DNA from: Takakia lepidozioides
Lineage: Eukaryota; Plantae; Bryophyta
DNA length: 64,000 nucleotides
Direction of reading: 5' to 3'
Assembly: GCA_030704615.1 (NCBI GenBank)
Contig: CM060732.1
Coordinates: 15,438,001-15,502,000 of the forward strand
Made by a program: the position numbers and the translations under genes. Shown here piece after piece: positions 13,701 through 25,485 of this stretch; position 1 is the stretch's first letter; the number at the start of each line of letters is the position of its first letter. The notes below the pieces were generated by a model. That model was not told the DNA's origin. It searched no databases and worked only from the letters and a program-made list of their open reading frames with translations.

Positions 13701-14200
13701 TTATTCATGGCCTACACATTAACAACCCACAGCCTACCTCCCCATCCCCGCATATCACTATCTACTTTATCGAATTCACATACTGTCATGATCGTTACCC
13801 CGCTTCCTCAATTTTAGAGAAACCACAAAAGTATGCACCACTCATCCTTGCCCTCCATCGGAGGGGTTGGGACACTGGTCCCCTCTCTCTTATTTCGACC
13901 GGCACTCTAGGAGGTATCCACAATGCCAGCATAGCTACCTTACACGATAACTTCCATCTTCCGATATCCCATATCCATAAATGTTTTAAGGTAATTCATC
14001 TCACGGCCCTCTGCTATCTTACAGCTATCATTACGAACAAAAGACAACTAGAATCCAACCCTCCCACGGCACCCTAAACTCCCATGGTACCTTAAGTACC
14101 CCGAGGTACCCTGAGTACCTCTAGTACCTCCATCCCTACGTTACTGGTGTCCCCTGGACACCGCATTATTTATAGGGCCTACCCCCGAAAGGGGGCATCT
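10701..14200. mobile_element. Decayed non-LTR retrotransposon with restriction-like endonuclease (RLE); upstream part apparently inverted
   Basis: Plus strand 13239-14078: CPLC..H..C zinc knuckle, RHN, then (shifted frame) PDILL..FIEFTYCHD..QKY. The segment 10701-13200 has the same C/A-rich composition on the opposite strand. Confidence 0.62.
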
Positions 14201-14222
14201 TAGTTACGCCGGCTTCGGCCGG

Positions 14223-14227
<5 letters not shown>

Positions 14228-14261
<34 letters not shown>

Positions 14262-14514
14262 AATGAGGTCAGCAAGTTCAGCCGTCTTCTATCATGGGAC
14301 TTCTTATCTTTAGCAGTTTCCCGTTCTTCTCTGTCACCTTTCTTGTATAGATTGACAATGATCCGCTGTCGCCAATGGAAGGGGATCATTTCAGTCCTCC
14401 AGATAAGGTTGAAAAGAAGAACAAGGGCATCTATCTTGGGGTCGCCACCGTGCTTGATAAGCTCACTGACTGTGCCATCAAGTCCACCAGCTTAGAGAGA
14501 GAGAGAGAGAGAGA
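14228..14514. repeat. (CT)n and (GA)n microsatellites in inverted arrangement
   Basis: CT run ~14228-14256; GA run ~14494-14514. Confidence 0.85.
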
Positions 14515-15139
14515 TGCTCCTGGAAGGAATGCAACCATATAAACTGTCCAGACAGGTTTGTATACAGGAGGCTTGCCAGAAAGGAAGTTCAGTAGCCACG
14601 TGATAACCACTTGAGTTTCCACTTAGGATGACCTTCAGTGCTAATGGAGGTGCATCCTCCCATCTATTATTTTCCTATTAGGTGGCTTCTGCTTAAACAA
14701 TGTACTAGATGATTGGGCATCTTGTTGTTGAGGGTTGCCTTTGTTTACGGCCTTTGGCTTATTTTATTGGCTGCTTGATTTTGTAGGCTTTTCTGACTTA
14801 GTTGAGGTACTGCAAGAAGAGGTTGTCTATTTAAACTTTGAACTCAGAGCTTCCTCCTTACATTTTGTTAAAAGACAGAGGGAGAGGCTTGCACATTGTA
14901 CATGCACCAACCTCAAAGCCAATGACGCTTCCAATAGTCACAGCAAATCACAATTTAGAATTCAAAACTCAAGCCAGCCTTAAAACCAAAATCACTTCTT
15001 TTGAAAACAAAGGCCATACTCTTGGCTACAGACTTTCAGTCACTTAGTTTAACACTTCTAGTAGTGATAACAGCTTTATAATAAGCTGATGTCCAAGGAG
15101 CTGTACAGATACTGGTACGAGAAGCAAGCGAAAGCAAAC

Positions 15140-15715
15140 CATTGGTGGGGATAGCACTGGTCTGTGGGGGCACTTTAAACTCCTCGGCAGCAAACTTCAA
15201 GACTGCTGTGAAAGGTGCCTCCTCTGGGACACTGAAATTGCACACAACGGATCCCACACATTACAACCTCGACAATTCCACGTCCTTCTGCATCAATCTG
15301 GCACCCACAAGAGTAAATTTTGTTCTCGAGAGCATTGGAGAAGAATTCGGGTGAAATAAAAGCCGGGCAACAGTCTCGGCTGTGCAGAGAGACGGACTCC
15401 TTACACTTTGTAAGGAAGCTTTGGGTCTGAGACTTTGAATGACACCTTCCCACCCGACCTGATTCCCCGCCCCCACCCGGGGAACATCCAACCGTCAGTC
15501 TGTGGGCCATAAGTGCTCACTCTGTCCCCAAGCTGTCCAAAGCAACGCCTAGAGCTATTCAGCACAGTACCCATTCACCCACAAATCTGAAAAAAAACCC
15601 TGAAAGTTCGAACAGGTGGAGATGTGTTTGAGAGGGAGAGAGCGAACATCTCTAGAGCTGCATTTGAAGGACCAAATTTTGACAGCAGATGAAGTGATTC
15701 TATTGACACTTACAT
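15140..15715 (-). pseudogene. UFM1: UFM1 (ubiquitin-fold modifier 1) pseudogene, exons 1-3 only
   Basis: Split start AT|G (15715-15714), exon 15458-15405 (SGGKVSFKV-SDPKLPYKV, lacking TLT), exon 15237-15140 ([32 protein letters not shown]). Exon 3 acceptor is CAA, not CAG; C-terminal exons not found. Confidence 0.85.
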
Positions 15716-16124
15716 GGGAGCGTGTTACAGATTTCCAGCAGACAAGCTCTTTCCTTTCCGAAGGAAGAGAAGAGAAGCCTTACATTGTCAACCGGTGCAT
15801 CAACGACATTCCGTCCAACACCTGAAAGAATACTGTCGGCATAAAATCGTCCTCTAACGACGTCGGGTCGAACAGTGTCCGCTCTCGACAACATCCCGTT
15901 GGAAAGTTCCAGTTCGACGGGACGGAATAGTTACTACGTCGTTGCAGACTATATATAGGTATTCAAGAATTAGGGTTAGTTTAGTACGCACCCAGTCTAT
16001 ATCCCCATCTCTGGATGCTTTCTGTCTGTGCTGAGAAAGGGAAGCGCTAGGCAGGGTAGTCGAGGACGTGAGAGAAAGAACAGAGCTCCAGGTCTGCGAT
16101 CGTGGGTGGAAGAACAATTGCGAG

Positions 16125-19100
16125 ATGGCTGCATCCCAAGAGGCAGAGGGTGTGGTGATGTCCAGGGGAGGGTTTGTATTGGGCAAGAGGAGGAAGGTGG
16201 GAGAACGCAGGAGTGCCCAACGGTTGAAGCGGGTTATTGCTGATACCACACCAAAGCACTTGGAGCAGCTGACGAAGCAGGCACGGGCGTTGGCCGGTGA
16301 TGATGGAGATTCCGACCTGCACGGATCGTCTATGGAGACGGTCCGTGCAAGATTAGGGAGCCTGCAACAGAGGCATGCCACCTTGCGGGAAAAGCTGACC
16401 AGTGCTATTCGTCCTGGAAAAGCTCTTGGTGTAATCATGCAGGTATTCTCAGGGGTCCTGAAAACCCCGGCCAGCAACACACCCGTACCCAATCTGCAAG
16501 GAAATTACGGTAGCTAACATCGTGTATGGGCGCGGGGATCTGTGTTTGGCTTGGCAAGGGAGGCTTTTGGATATATTCAGTGGTAAACCACAGTCTTCCA
16601 GGGTGAGCCAGGAAACTATAGCACCTGCTACCGCATGCATGCCACTCTAAGGGAAAGTGAATAAAAATTGTTGGCTAACAATATAGAAGCCTTGGTATCA
16701 GTTGATATGTGATGCAGACCCTAAACCAGCAATTCGAAAGGCAGTCCCGCCTTTAATTGACTTATTTATTACCCCAAGGAAGCACTTGGTCTGCAAATTC
16801 AGGTGTCTTGATGTTCCACATCAATATCAGCTCTGTCATCGGAACTCTCAATAGAAGATGATGTCAATTTCGTAGGGGTTTATGTTCATAACTGCAATTC
16901 GATGCAAATGTCCTGGCAAATGATGGATGAGCTCTCTAGAGTGCATTTCCGAAGAAGGGGGGAATTTGATACATGAAAGCTCCTTATGACCATAGAGCAC
17001 CAGAACCGCAGTAGTGTTACTTGGGAACCCATGGACTTGAACTTTAAGTCTGAAATTGTAGATGCCTTCATATCTATATCTATATTACCGGTGAAAGTGG
17101 CTCACTTGGATGACCACATCATGCCAAAGTTGTCATTCTTGTTACTCCAGTGCAGAGGACCTAAAAGTTGGCAGATATTGCCAGATGTATCTATAAATGT
17201 AGTGACTGAAGCAAGATCTACTGCGTTGTCATTGTTTGGTGGTCTTCAAAAACTGGCTAAACTAGCATGAACTTTTTGGTATGCACAGTCCGAATTTGAG
17301 GAAGGAGAAATAGAGGTTATTCCTTTGGAAGGGGAAGCTTGGAACGACAGCGTGCTAGCTGAGCTGCAGGAGAGAATACATGGCAGCAAGGCTTGTAGTA
17401 GTGGGCAACAGGATGAAGAGGGTGAAGGACAACCTGAATCAACTCAGAAACAAGGAGGTATGACACAAAAGCACCATTACAATCCCAACCGTAGGCAGTG
17501 TTTGATATGATGCCGGTAGGAACGTTTTCGTGTGTAGTTTCTCATATCATGACCCCAGTTCTGTTACTTGTCAAGAGTATTTATTTACAAGCCTAAAATT
17601 CTCCCAGTTGCAAGGGGATTTTCTGACATTTCAGAATGATGACATGTTACAGAGGGGCTGGGTGCTATGTACCAGCCACCCGGGAAGTTTATTTGGGGCT
17701 TTAGAGGTGGGCGGATCTGCATACGCTTTGACACCACCTTTGGAGAAGAAAAGTATGAAAGTTACTACTGTGTGTTGGTGAGCCATTCCCCCACCAGCAA
17801 ACTGCATCTGGGCGAGCACTCAATTCCCTTCTTTCTGCCACTCAGAGAGATTGAGAAGGCACATCTTGCCACGAGTCCCAGATTGTTCATTGACTGTATG
17901 GGTGATGTACTACAAGCATATGTTTCAAGGCGTGAACAAGTGAGTTACTTCCAGAGTAGCCAAGAAGTGATTTGACTAAAATTCCCTGTTTAAGTAGCCC
18001 CGCAAAACTCAAATAGTAGAAAGTCCTTTCACGAACCTGAAATTGCTCTATGTAAAAGGCTCCTGGATGCAGGCAGTGTTATATATGGGAGCTTCACTGG
18101 TTACCTGGTCTGGGTGGCTCTCGTGAAATATGGCCTTTTGTCCTTAAATCTTAAGCTTCACAATTCCTGGCTCAACACTCAAATTGCTGGAGGCTTGGTT
18201 CACTGTGGTGGCTTGTGAATGTTTTTTTTCCTTCATCAGAAGGGGCAGTCTTTATGGACAAAAGAGTAAGTGTTTTCCTCCTCCCTCTGAAGTGTAGCAC
18301 CCGTTTTTAGTGTGAATTTGCTTCACACGATAGCACATCACCAACCAAAGGAGCTTTTGTTTAGAGAAGTTTTATTGGTGTGGCTAGGTCAGACAACTGA
18401 AGGAGACCAAGAGTGGCCATATTGGAGAGCTCTACCACAGCCTTTCATACAGTCTCATTGAGATATTGTTGAAGGAGCCAAACTGTCAGGTGCTGTATCC
18501 TACCATTCTGCCCTTAAGTGCAGGTGAATAGATGCTACATGTCATTTCAATAAAAAAAAATTGACTCAATCAAATACAAGGATAATATGTTCTCTTTTTA
18601 CTGTTCATTCTCCTGTTAGTTTTTACGAGAACCTGTGGGGAATTACAGAAAGGAGGTAATTTAGTGTTATGATAGCTTTGAGTGGCTGGCAAGTGATGAT
18701 CTGTGGTCAATGCTGTTGTATTGTTTAATCTTGCTGTATTGTACTTACCTTGTTTGCTAGTTGTTGGAACATTGCAAGACTTTTACCCTCTGTATACAAT
18801 GATGTACTTTCTGATGATTGAGACACTGCTGTTTGACCATTCCTCACAGGTTGGGGTGAGCCTGGCATACCACAGTTTGGAGTCTGCGCTTCCAACGGAG
18901 TGTAATGTGATTGCGTGGCCATTCTCTCCAAAGCCGCCTGCTCGGACTGCCACAAAGAGAGGTGGACGAGCCGCTGCAGCTCGTATAACAGCTTACCATC
19001 TACCAAGAGCAGAATCTTCTCTGAGAAGCATACCTTTGCCACAAGCATATGAGGAAATCTTGATAGATTTGGGAGCTACTCTGGGACAGCCTCCTGCACC

Positions 19101-19158
19101 ACCAGGTGATTCAACTGAGTCCATGGCTCTTGTGTTACTCCCTCAGGTGGATGAATAG
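16125..19158 (+). CDS. CENPO: Centromere protein O (CENP-O/Mcm21), 5 exons: 16125-16442, 17289-17457, 17653-17939, 18388-18489, 18850-19158
   Basis: All GT-AG introns are phase-compatible and give an open frame; ICIRFDT..ESYYCVL, EHSIPFFLPLREIE..LQAYVSRREQVRQLKE..IGELYHSL and LPTECNVIAWP match plant CENP-O. Confidence 0.88.
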
Positions 19159-19670
19159 AGGCCAATATTGCTTTTCTTTGTCAAGCATCTCTGATATGTT
19201 GGCTGGCGGATACAGGCATTCTTGGTGTGGTAGTGAAACTTTCTTAGTGGTCAAAATCAAAATTTATTGTTTGGTGATTTTTTCCTGGGTGCCATTACCT
19301 TCATGTGCTCTGCCGTGTGCAATGGTGTAAAATGATTGTTTAGTCCTACATGTTCCCAAAGCTTTCAATGATTGACATTGGGAGGATCTCTTCGTTTTCC
19401 ATTTTTGGTCCTTGTTCACATAATTATGTTTTCTGTTTCTTTTTCTAAGGGAAACGCCCAGGCCGACTGCTCACAAATCAGGCCCCTTGATTAGAGTGAG
19501 AGGAGAAAATAACCTCTTTCATAGTAACCTTGCCATGAGGCGCCGAGCACAAGGCTCAGAGGACACTGCCCAAGGGAAGGGGGAGAAGATTATACCACAC
19601 CTGCCAAGGTAGTAGGATTTGAACCCATAATTACCTGGGTGGCACTTAGGGTATATGTAATCTCGTTCTG

Positions 19671-19758
19671 GCCCTTGGCTTCCGAAGCGGTCTCATAGGA
19701 GCGGACTCATAGCTCGGTGGCGCCGGTGCCGTTTGCGGATCGAATCCCACGTCCCGCA
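19671..19758 (+). other. Possible tRNA-derived (Leu-like) decayed sequence or SINE head
   Basis: TTCCGAAGCGGTC (A-box-like), GACTCA, GGATCGAATCCCAC (B-box-like); acceptor stem does not pair. Confidence 0.25.
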
Positions 19759-20759
19759 TTATTTCAACCTTCCCCTTCCTCGTCGACTCCTGGCACCTTG
19801 CTCCCACGCTCCTTTGGCCATCGCCCCCCCCACTCCACTCCGCCCCGCTTCCACTCTCCTCTGGCCCCGCTCCCCTCCCCTCGGCTCCCCCCCACACTCC
19901 CCCAGCTCCCCACGGGGGCTGAAAATCCATGAGCAGTGAGCAGAGTTTCTATGAGCAGATAGCATGGACCCGTTTGCTGAACCACTTCTAGGTTTGGGAT
20001 AGGTTCAAGGTTCGGGATAGGTTTGGGATATGAAATATTCCTATTTTGGATTCCAAGTGAGATTTTTAATGAATTTTTATTGCATATAACCCCTCAAAGA
20101 TTCAAGGTTCGGCGCCAAACCCCACTTGATGCATTAAAAAAAACAATTAAGCAAAAAAAAAAAAAGGTTTTTAGTGCCCGTGCGCCGAACAGTGTCATAG
20201 GTTCAGTAGTGGTCCGAACTGGTTCGGCATAGGCTCGGCATTGGTTCGGAAGAATATCCCTCGGCATAGGCTCGTAACAGGTTCGACAGAATATTCCTTG
20301 GTATTAGTGAGAATATCCCTGAATCAGAATCTCAAATATATACCTCTATTCATGGAAAGGAATATTCCTCTACTCACTGTTCATGAAAAACCCAACCTCC
20401 TCCCCACCCCCCGCTCCCTCCTCCATCGCTTCCCCCCCCCCCCCCCCAGCTGTTGTTCCCCCTCCTCCGTTGCTCCCCTCTATCTCCGCTTCCCCACTCC
20501 CCCGCCGCTTGTCTGGGTTGGTAAAGTGTGGGGTTAGGGGTGTTGACAAGTGGCTATCTAGGGGTAGCTGAGTGGGGGGGGGGGTCAGGTAGGAGTGTGG
20601 GGGTAGCCAGATCGAGAGTGGTGGTGTGATCGTACTTGGCCCTGCCACATGGGGGGTGGGGTAAGAGGATAGGGAGGAGGGACTGGTAGAAGTTACAGAG
20701 TCAGACACAGCTTTAGAAGCATGTGGAGGATAGAAGGGGCGGGGAGGGGGGGGGGGGGG

Positions 20760-22405
20760 GGGCTATATTGGGGAAAAAGGTCTTGTTTGTTACGGAGGAA
20801 GAGAGTGCATGGAAGGTCACACTCTAGTGTGCAGGAGGCAGACTTATGGCAAAACAGGGAACGGAGGTAGGAGAGGTGCCGATATGTTTTGACTGTGGCT
20901 CTGGAGTATTTGAAAGTGAACTCACTGGGGGTGAGTAGACAATATCCAGAGGCTGAGGTGAGTTGAGCAAGTGTTGTAATGTGTTTCCCTTTGAAGTAGG
21001 TAAAGATAGGCGATTTTTGGCGGGGATGTGATCCTCAAATTCGGAGAGAAATGGACTATTTAGCCATGTTTGTTCAAGGGGAGAGGGGTCAATGCAGGAT
21101 AGGGTCCACCCAAAACTGGCAGAATCTGGGGGTCCTCGACTCCATTTTCATGGACAATGTATTTTTAGACAAACCTATTTGTGAAACCTTGAAGACTACA
21201 TACATAGGTGCACATGACCCCGGGAGCTTGGGGAGGTTGGCCAAGACAAGGTCAGCATGGTGATAGAAGTTGGCCAAGTTCTGCCCCAGGTTGTCCGCAA
21301 ATAGATCTGTGGAGGGAAAGCATGTACTGATGCTACGCTAGCTGCTGGTTGGTGATGGACTCCGTCATTTTGTGCTCCATGGAAGTGATGTCGCTGCGTA
21401 GATCATACCTGATTGAGATAGAGTGTGCTTCGAGCTTTTGGTCAATTTCTCTCATCCACTCTACATGATCGATCGTGGGTTTGAGGGTTGGCTGAATTGA
21501 AATCGGTTTGACTGTATCGAACAGAGCTTGATTGATGTTGGAGACCTTCAGCTTTTCTAGAAGCTCTGGCGCAGGGGGCGATACTCCGTTGATACTGGAC
21601 AAGAGCGACGAATCGTCCTTGCATCTCGATATAGGGCTTGCTACACCACCTGGTGTATATGGTCGGGTTTTTGCAGGTGATGTGCAACATGCCTACTGCT
21701 TTGTCGTTTCTGTAAAAAAGAACTTTGCAGAAGTATGTGTGGGTAATGTTCCCCTGACCAAATAGATTGTTTAGCTCGCTACGAATGAATCAGACTCGGG
21801 TTCTTGGCAACGATCGTGAGAGCATGCCGCTCTGCGATGGATTTTGGCGCCGTTCTTGCTTGCTTTCTGATCTGAATATGAGGCTTGATGAGGACATTGT
21901 CAATGCAAACTCCCATCTCCATTATGCGTGCTCTTGTGTTTTTAGTAGTCAGGTTGATAAAGCCGAACATAGCATCCGGGTTAGGTTTGGTAACATGAAG
22001 GATTTTGAAATTATCTCCTTGATCATAGGTTTCTGTGATGAAGTGCATTGCTAGTTGTGTGCCGATGGTGCCCTGTAAGATTTTGTTTGTGAGATATAAA
22101 GAGAGTCTGTCAGAGGAGGCCGTTAAGTCATAGGCCTTTTCCACCTTGCCTTGTATCTTGACACCTTGCTCAATTTCAAGGACAAGAGCCTTGTCACCCC
22201 AGAGTAAGGCCAGCCCGTCAATTTCTGGATGTTGCAGCTCAACCTTCAAGAGGCCAAACCAGATTTGGGTGGCAGGTTTTGAGTAGACAGAATTGGGTGC
22301 ATAGAGAAAGTTGCCAAGTTGAATGCCCATGCCCATGAATTGATGTGTAGCTCTGCTAAGAACGAGTGCTCTAGTCAGTTCAACCTCTGTGTCGAAGCGA
22401 ATCAT
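20760..22405 (-). mobile_element. Decayed intronless ORF, possibly ORF1-like part of a non-LTR element
   Basis: ORFs 21779..22405 and 21333..21602 (coiled-coil-like) in series; no diagnostic enzyme motif seen. Confidence 0.3.
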
Positions 22406-22584
22406 AATGTGATAGGGATTAGCAGGAAGTGGTTGGATTGACGGTGGTGCTTAGTGGCAGTTGCGTGAGATGCAGGAACTGGCCACTCTGACCATCTGGA
22501 CGAGTTGCAGCATAAAGGCATTGTGGAACCCGAGGGAAGGCCTTTCTGCAATGGATCAGCTCGTTGCATTCCTTGGGAAAGATG

Positions 22585-23010
22585 CCGCATACATGTCCAC
22601 CAGGGTACTATTTAGAATGACATCTGGTAAAATTCCAGCTTTGACAATGTCCCCGTGGACTTCCTTGCCCTTAAACAGCGCTGCCAGGCTCGCACACACC
22701 TTGCAAACCTAACCTGGGGTGATCTGGTCGGACTTCACCTCTTCCCTCATCATTTGCTTATAGGTCTCCAAAGCCTTCATCCCGCGCCCCTGCTGTGCAT
22801 AAGCTGTGATCATCGCAGTCCAAGACACCACATCTCGTTCGGCCATAGTTTCCAACACTCCCTTTGCATCCTCGATGCTCCCACATTTTGCATACATGTT
22901 CATCAGAACAGTGTCCAGAACAACATCTGGTACGATTCCAGCTTCGACAATGTCAGCATGGACCTCTTTGCCCTTTTGCAGGGCTGCCAGGATCACACAC
23001 GCATTGCAAA
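22585..23010 (-). pseudogene. PLS-class PPR gene fragment
   Basis: GKEVHADIVEAGIVPDVVLDTVLMNMYAKCGSIEDAKGVLETMAERDVVSWTAMITAYAQQG (L-S-P motifs). Confidence 0.85.
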
Positions 23011-23139
23011 CGAAGGAAGGGAAGAAGAAGGAGATGGAGGTCGCGTTCGCTGAGCAGGAGTGACTTGAAAATCTCGCTTAAGTCCTCAGCCCCCGGGGAC
23101 ATTTTTTTCAATTGTAACCCATATGGCGCTACTTTGAAA

Positions 23140-23426
23140 TTACAATGACACGCAGTGAGGTCCAACCCGCAGTCGTCAACACGACTGCAAATTTCATTAA
23201 TATAAAAACCATGTTTTTCCCGATTTTTGGAAATCAGCCTATAAATCGGCGTGAAACCCGGATTTCACTTCTGCGACTTGTATATTCCATCCTTTATGCC
23301 AGCGTGGCATAAAAACGACTGCGATGACTGGCGAGTCGTCATTCACAACCTGGAGTCCCACGCGCAGTCGTTTCAAACAGAATCGCAACTGCGAGTCGGG
23401 TGCGAAAACATCTATTCCTTGTAGTG
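23140..23426. mobile_element. CACTA (EnSpm) right terminus with subterminal repeats
   Basis: Ends in ATTCCTTGTAGTG (reverse complement CACTACAAGGAAT); repeated CGACTG/GAGTCG words. Confidence 0.7.
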
Positions 23427-23429
23427 TAT

Positions 23430-24048
23430 GATCTTCATCCTGAGTTGCGTCCAGACCAACACCAAGGGAACAATGGTGGTCGGGGGCGAGGTGGAATAGC
23501 CCAGAGAGGATGAGGTGGTCAGGCACGAGGTGTAGGACGAGGCCAAGTACAACATGGCCACGGACGTGGAGGTTAGGGCGTGGACATGGCATGGCCAACC
23601 GGCTTCAGCAGCTAGAGCAAAAGCTTGCTGCCATGGCCACAGCTCAGGTGGTATCAGCTCCAAGACCTGAGGGTCCACCTCCTGTTCTTCCTCAGCAGCG
23701 TCATCCTGACGGAGGAGACATGGCAAGCATGGGAGACATGGGATTTATGTGTGGGGTAGCACTGTACTTGAGAGATTTGGCTGCCAGTGACTTCTTACAG
23801 CCACTGGGGTGGGGATGCATATGCTAAGTGTTAAAGATCTGTCTTCAATACCCCAATGACTCGATTTTAGAAAAACGTCAAAAATATGCCCCGCTTATTC
23901 TTGCAATCCGACGGTATGGCTGACCACTTGTACTGCAGGTGGATTATGCTGCAGCTGTGACTCAAGGAGCAGCACGAGTTCATGAGCCATGAGGTGCAGA
24001 GGTGGAGTTGGATCCATAGCGTGGGGAAGCGAGCCATCAAGCCAGGTT
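23430..24048 (+). mobile_element. Fragments of the DNMT-carrying Gypsy family (gag-protease linker)
   Basis: MANRLQQLEQKLAAMATAQVVSAPR and AAVTQGAARVHEP..EVELDP..GEASHQARL match the translation of 52640-53170. Confidence 0.8.
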
Positions 24049-25300
24049 GGGGATATCGTCAAAGCTGGAATTGTACCAAATGTCATTCTAAACACTGCCC
24101 TGGCAGCTCTGGAAAAGGGGAAAGAGGTCAATGGCGACATCTTCAGAGCTGGAATTGTACTAGATGTCATTCTGAACAATACCCTGGTGGACATGTTTGC
24201 AAAATGTGGGTGCATCTAGGATGCAAAGGGAGTGTTCGACACTATGGCTGAACGAGATGTGGTGTCGTGGAGTGCGATGCTTGCAGGGTATGCACAGCAG
24301 GGACATAGGATGGAGGCTTTGGAGACCTCTGAGCAAATGATGTGCGACGGGGTGAAGCTCGACCACATCATGTTTGTGTGCGTGTGCAAGCCTCGCAGCC
24401 CTGGAAAAGGGCGAAGAGGTGCATGGCGACATCGTCAGAGCTGGAATTATACCAGATGTGATCCTGAACACTGCCCTGGTGGACATGTATGCCAAATGTG
24501 GGTGCATGGAGGATGCAAAGGGAGTGTTCGACAATATGGCTGAACGAGATGTGGTGTCGTGGAGTGCGATGATCGCAGGATATGCAAAGCACGGTTGTCA
24601 TAGGGAGGTCGTGCAACTATTTGAAGGAATGCAAAAGAACGGCTTGAAGCCGAGCAATATCACCTTTATACGTGTTCTCTCTGCATGCAGCCACGCTGGC
24701 CTACTGAATGAAGGAAGACGCTATTTTGATTCCCTGAGTCAAGATCATGGTGTCACTCCAACAGTATAGTACTTTGGCTGCATGGTAGACCTTCTTGGAC
24801 GTGAGGGACAACCGGATGAGGCAATGGACATGATTAATAAAATGCCCATGAATCCAGGTGGTGTGGTGTGGAAGGCCTTGCTTGGTGCCTACAGAATCCA
24901 TGGCAATGTGGAGATGGCTGAACGTGCAGCAACATCTATCCTCATGTGGGCTGAACAGGATGTCGCGACTCATGTGTTGTTCTCAAACATCTATGTTGCA
25001 GCTGGCAGGTGGGATGATACTGCAAAGGTGAGAAGAATGATGAAGGTCAAAGGGGTTAGAAACGAGCCAGGTCGTTGATGCATTGAGGTTGGCAACAGGG
25101 TGCACGGCTTCGTTGTAGATGACAAGTTGCATCCTAGAATTAAGGAAATCCATGCTGAGTTGAGAAGATTGGCTGGGAAGATGAAGGAGGCGGGGTATGT
25201 GCTTGACAGGCACTTTGTATTGCATGATGTGGGGGAGGAGGAAAAGGAATTTTCTCTTTGCCACCACAGTGAGAAGTTGGCCATTGGTTTTGGCATATCC
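24049..25300 (+). pseudogene. PLS-E-DYW PPR RNA-editing-factor pseudogene, 5'- and 3'-truncated
   Basis: Repeated PLS triplets, VLSACSHAG, MVDLLGREG, VWKALLGAYRIHGN, PG box, GYVLD..VLHDV, LCHHSEKLAIGFG; stops at ~24218, ~24767 and ~25076, a frameshift, and no CxxC or terminal DYW. Confidence 0.9.
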
Positions 25301-25485
25301 ACGGGAAATGATAGTGGGGTCTACCCAGCATAGGTGGGAAGTCAGCCCATAATTGCACTTGACTGAAGGGGTGATATTGGACTGACTTTGGTGACAATGG
25401 ATGGAATCAGAGTGTTGTCCTAATTCTGGGTTTGGGTGGTATGGCTGAACGAGATGTGGTGTCGTGTTTGCTGCATGAATTCTAG

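Noticed and set aside
14700-14745. GNPQQQDA as UFM1 exon 4
   Set aside because: Weak match to GINPQQSA with no suitable splice sites.
19671-19758. Functional tRNA gene
   Set aside because: Only box-like motifs are present; the cloverleaf stems do not pair.
25080-25300. U-to-C (KP-type) DYW domain
   Set aside because: The visible part has the conventional PG box and HSEKLA, and the C-terminal end is missing.
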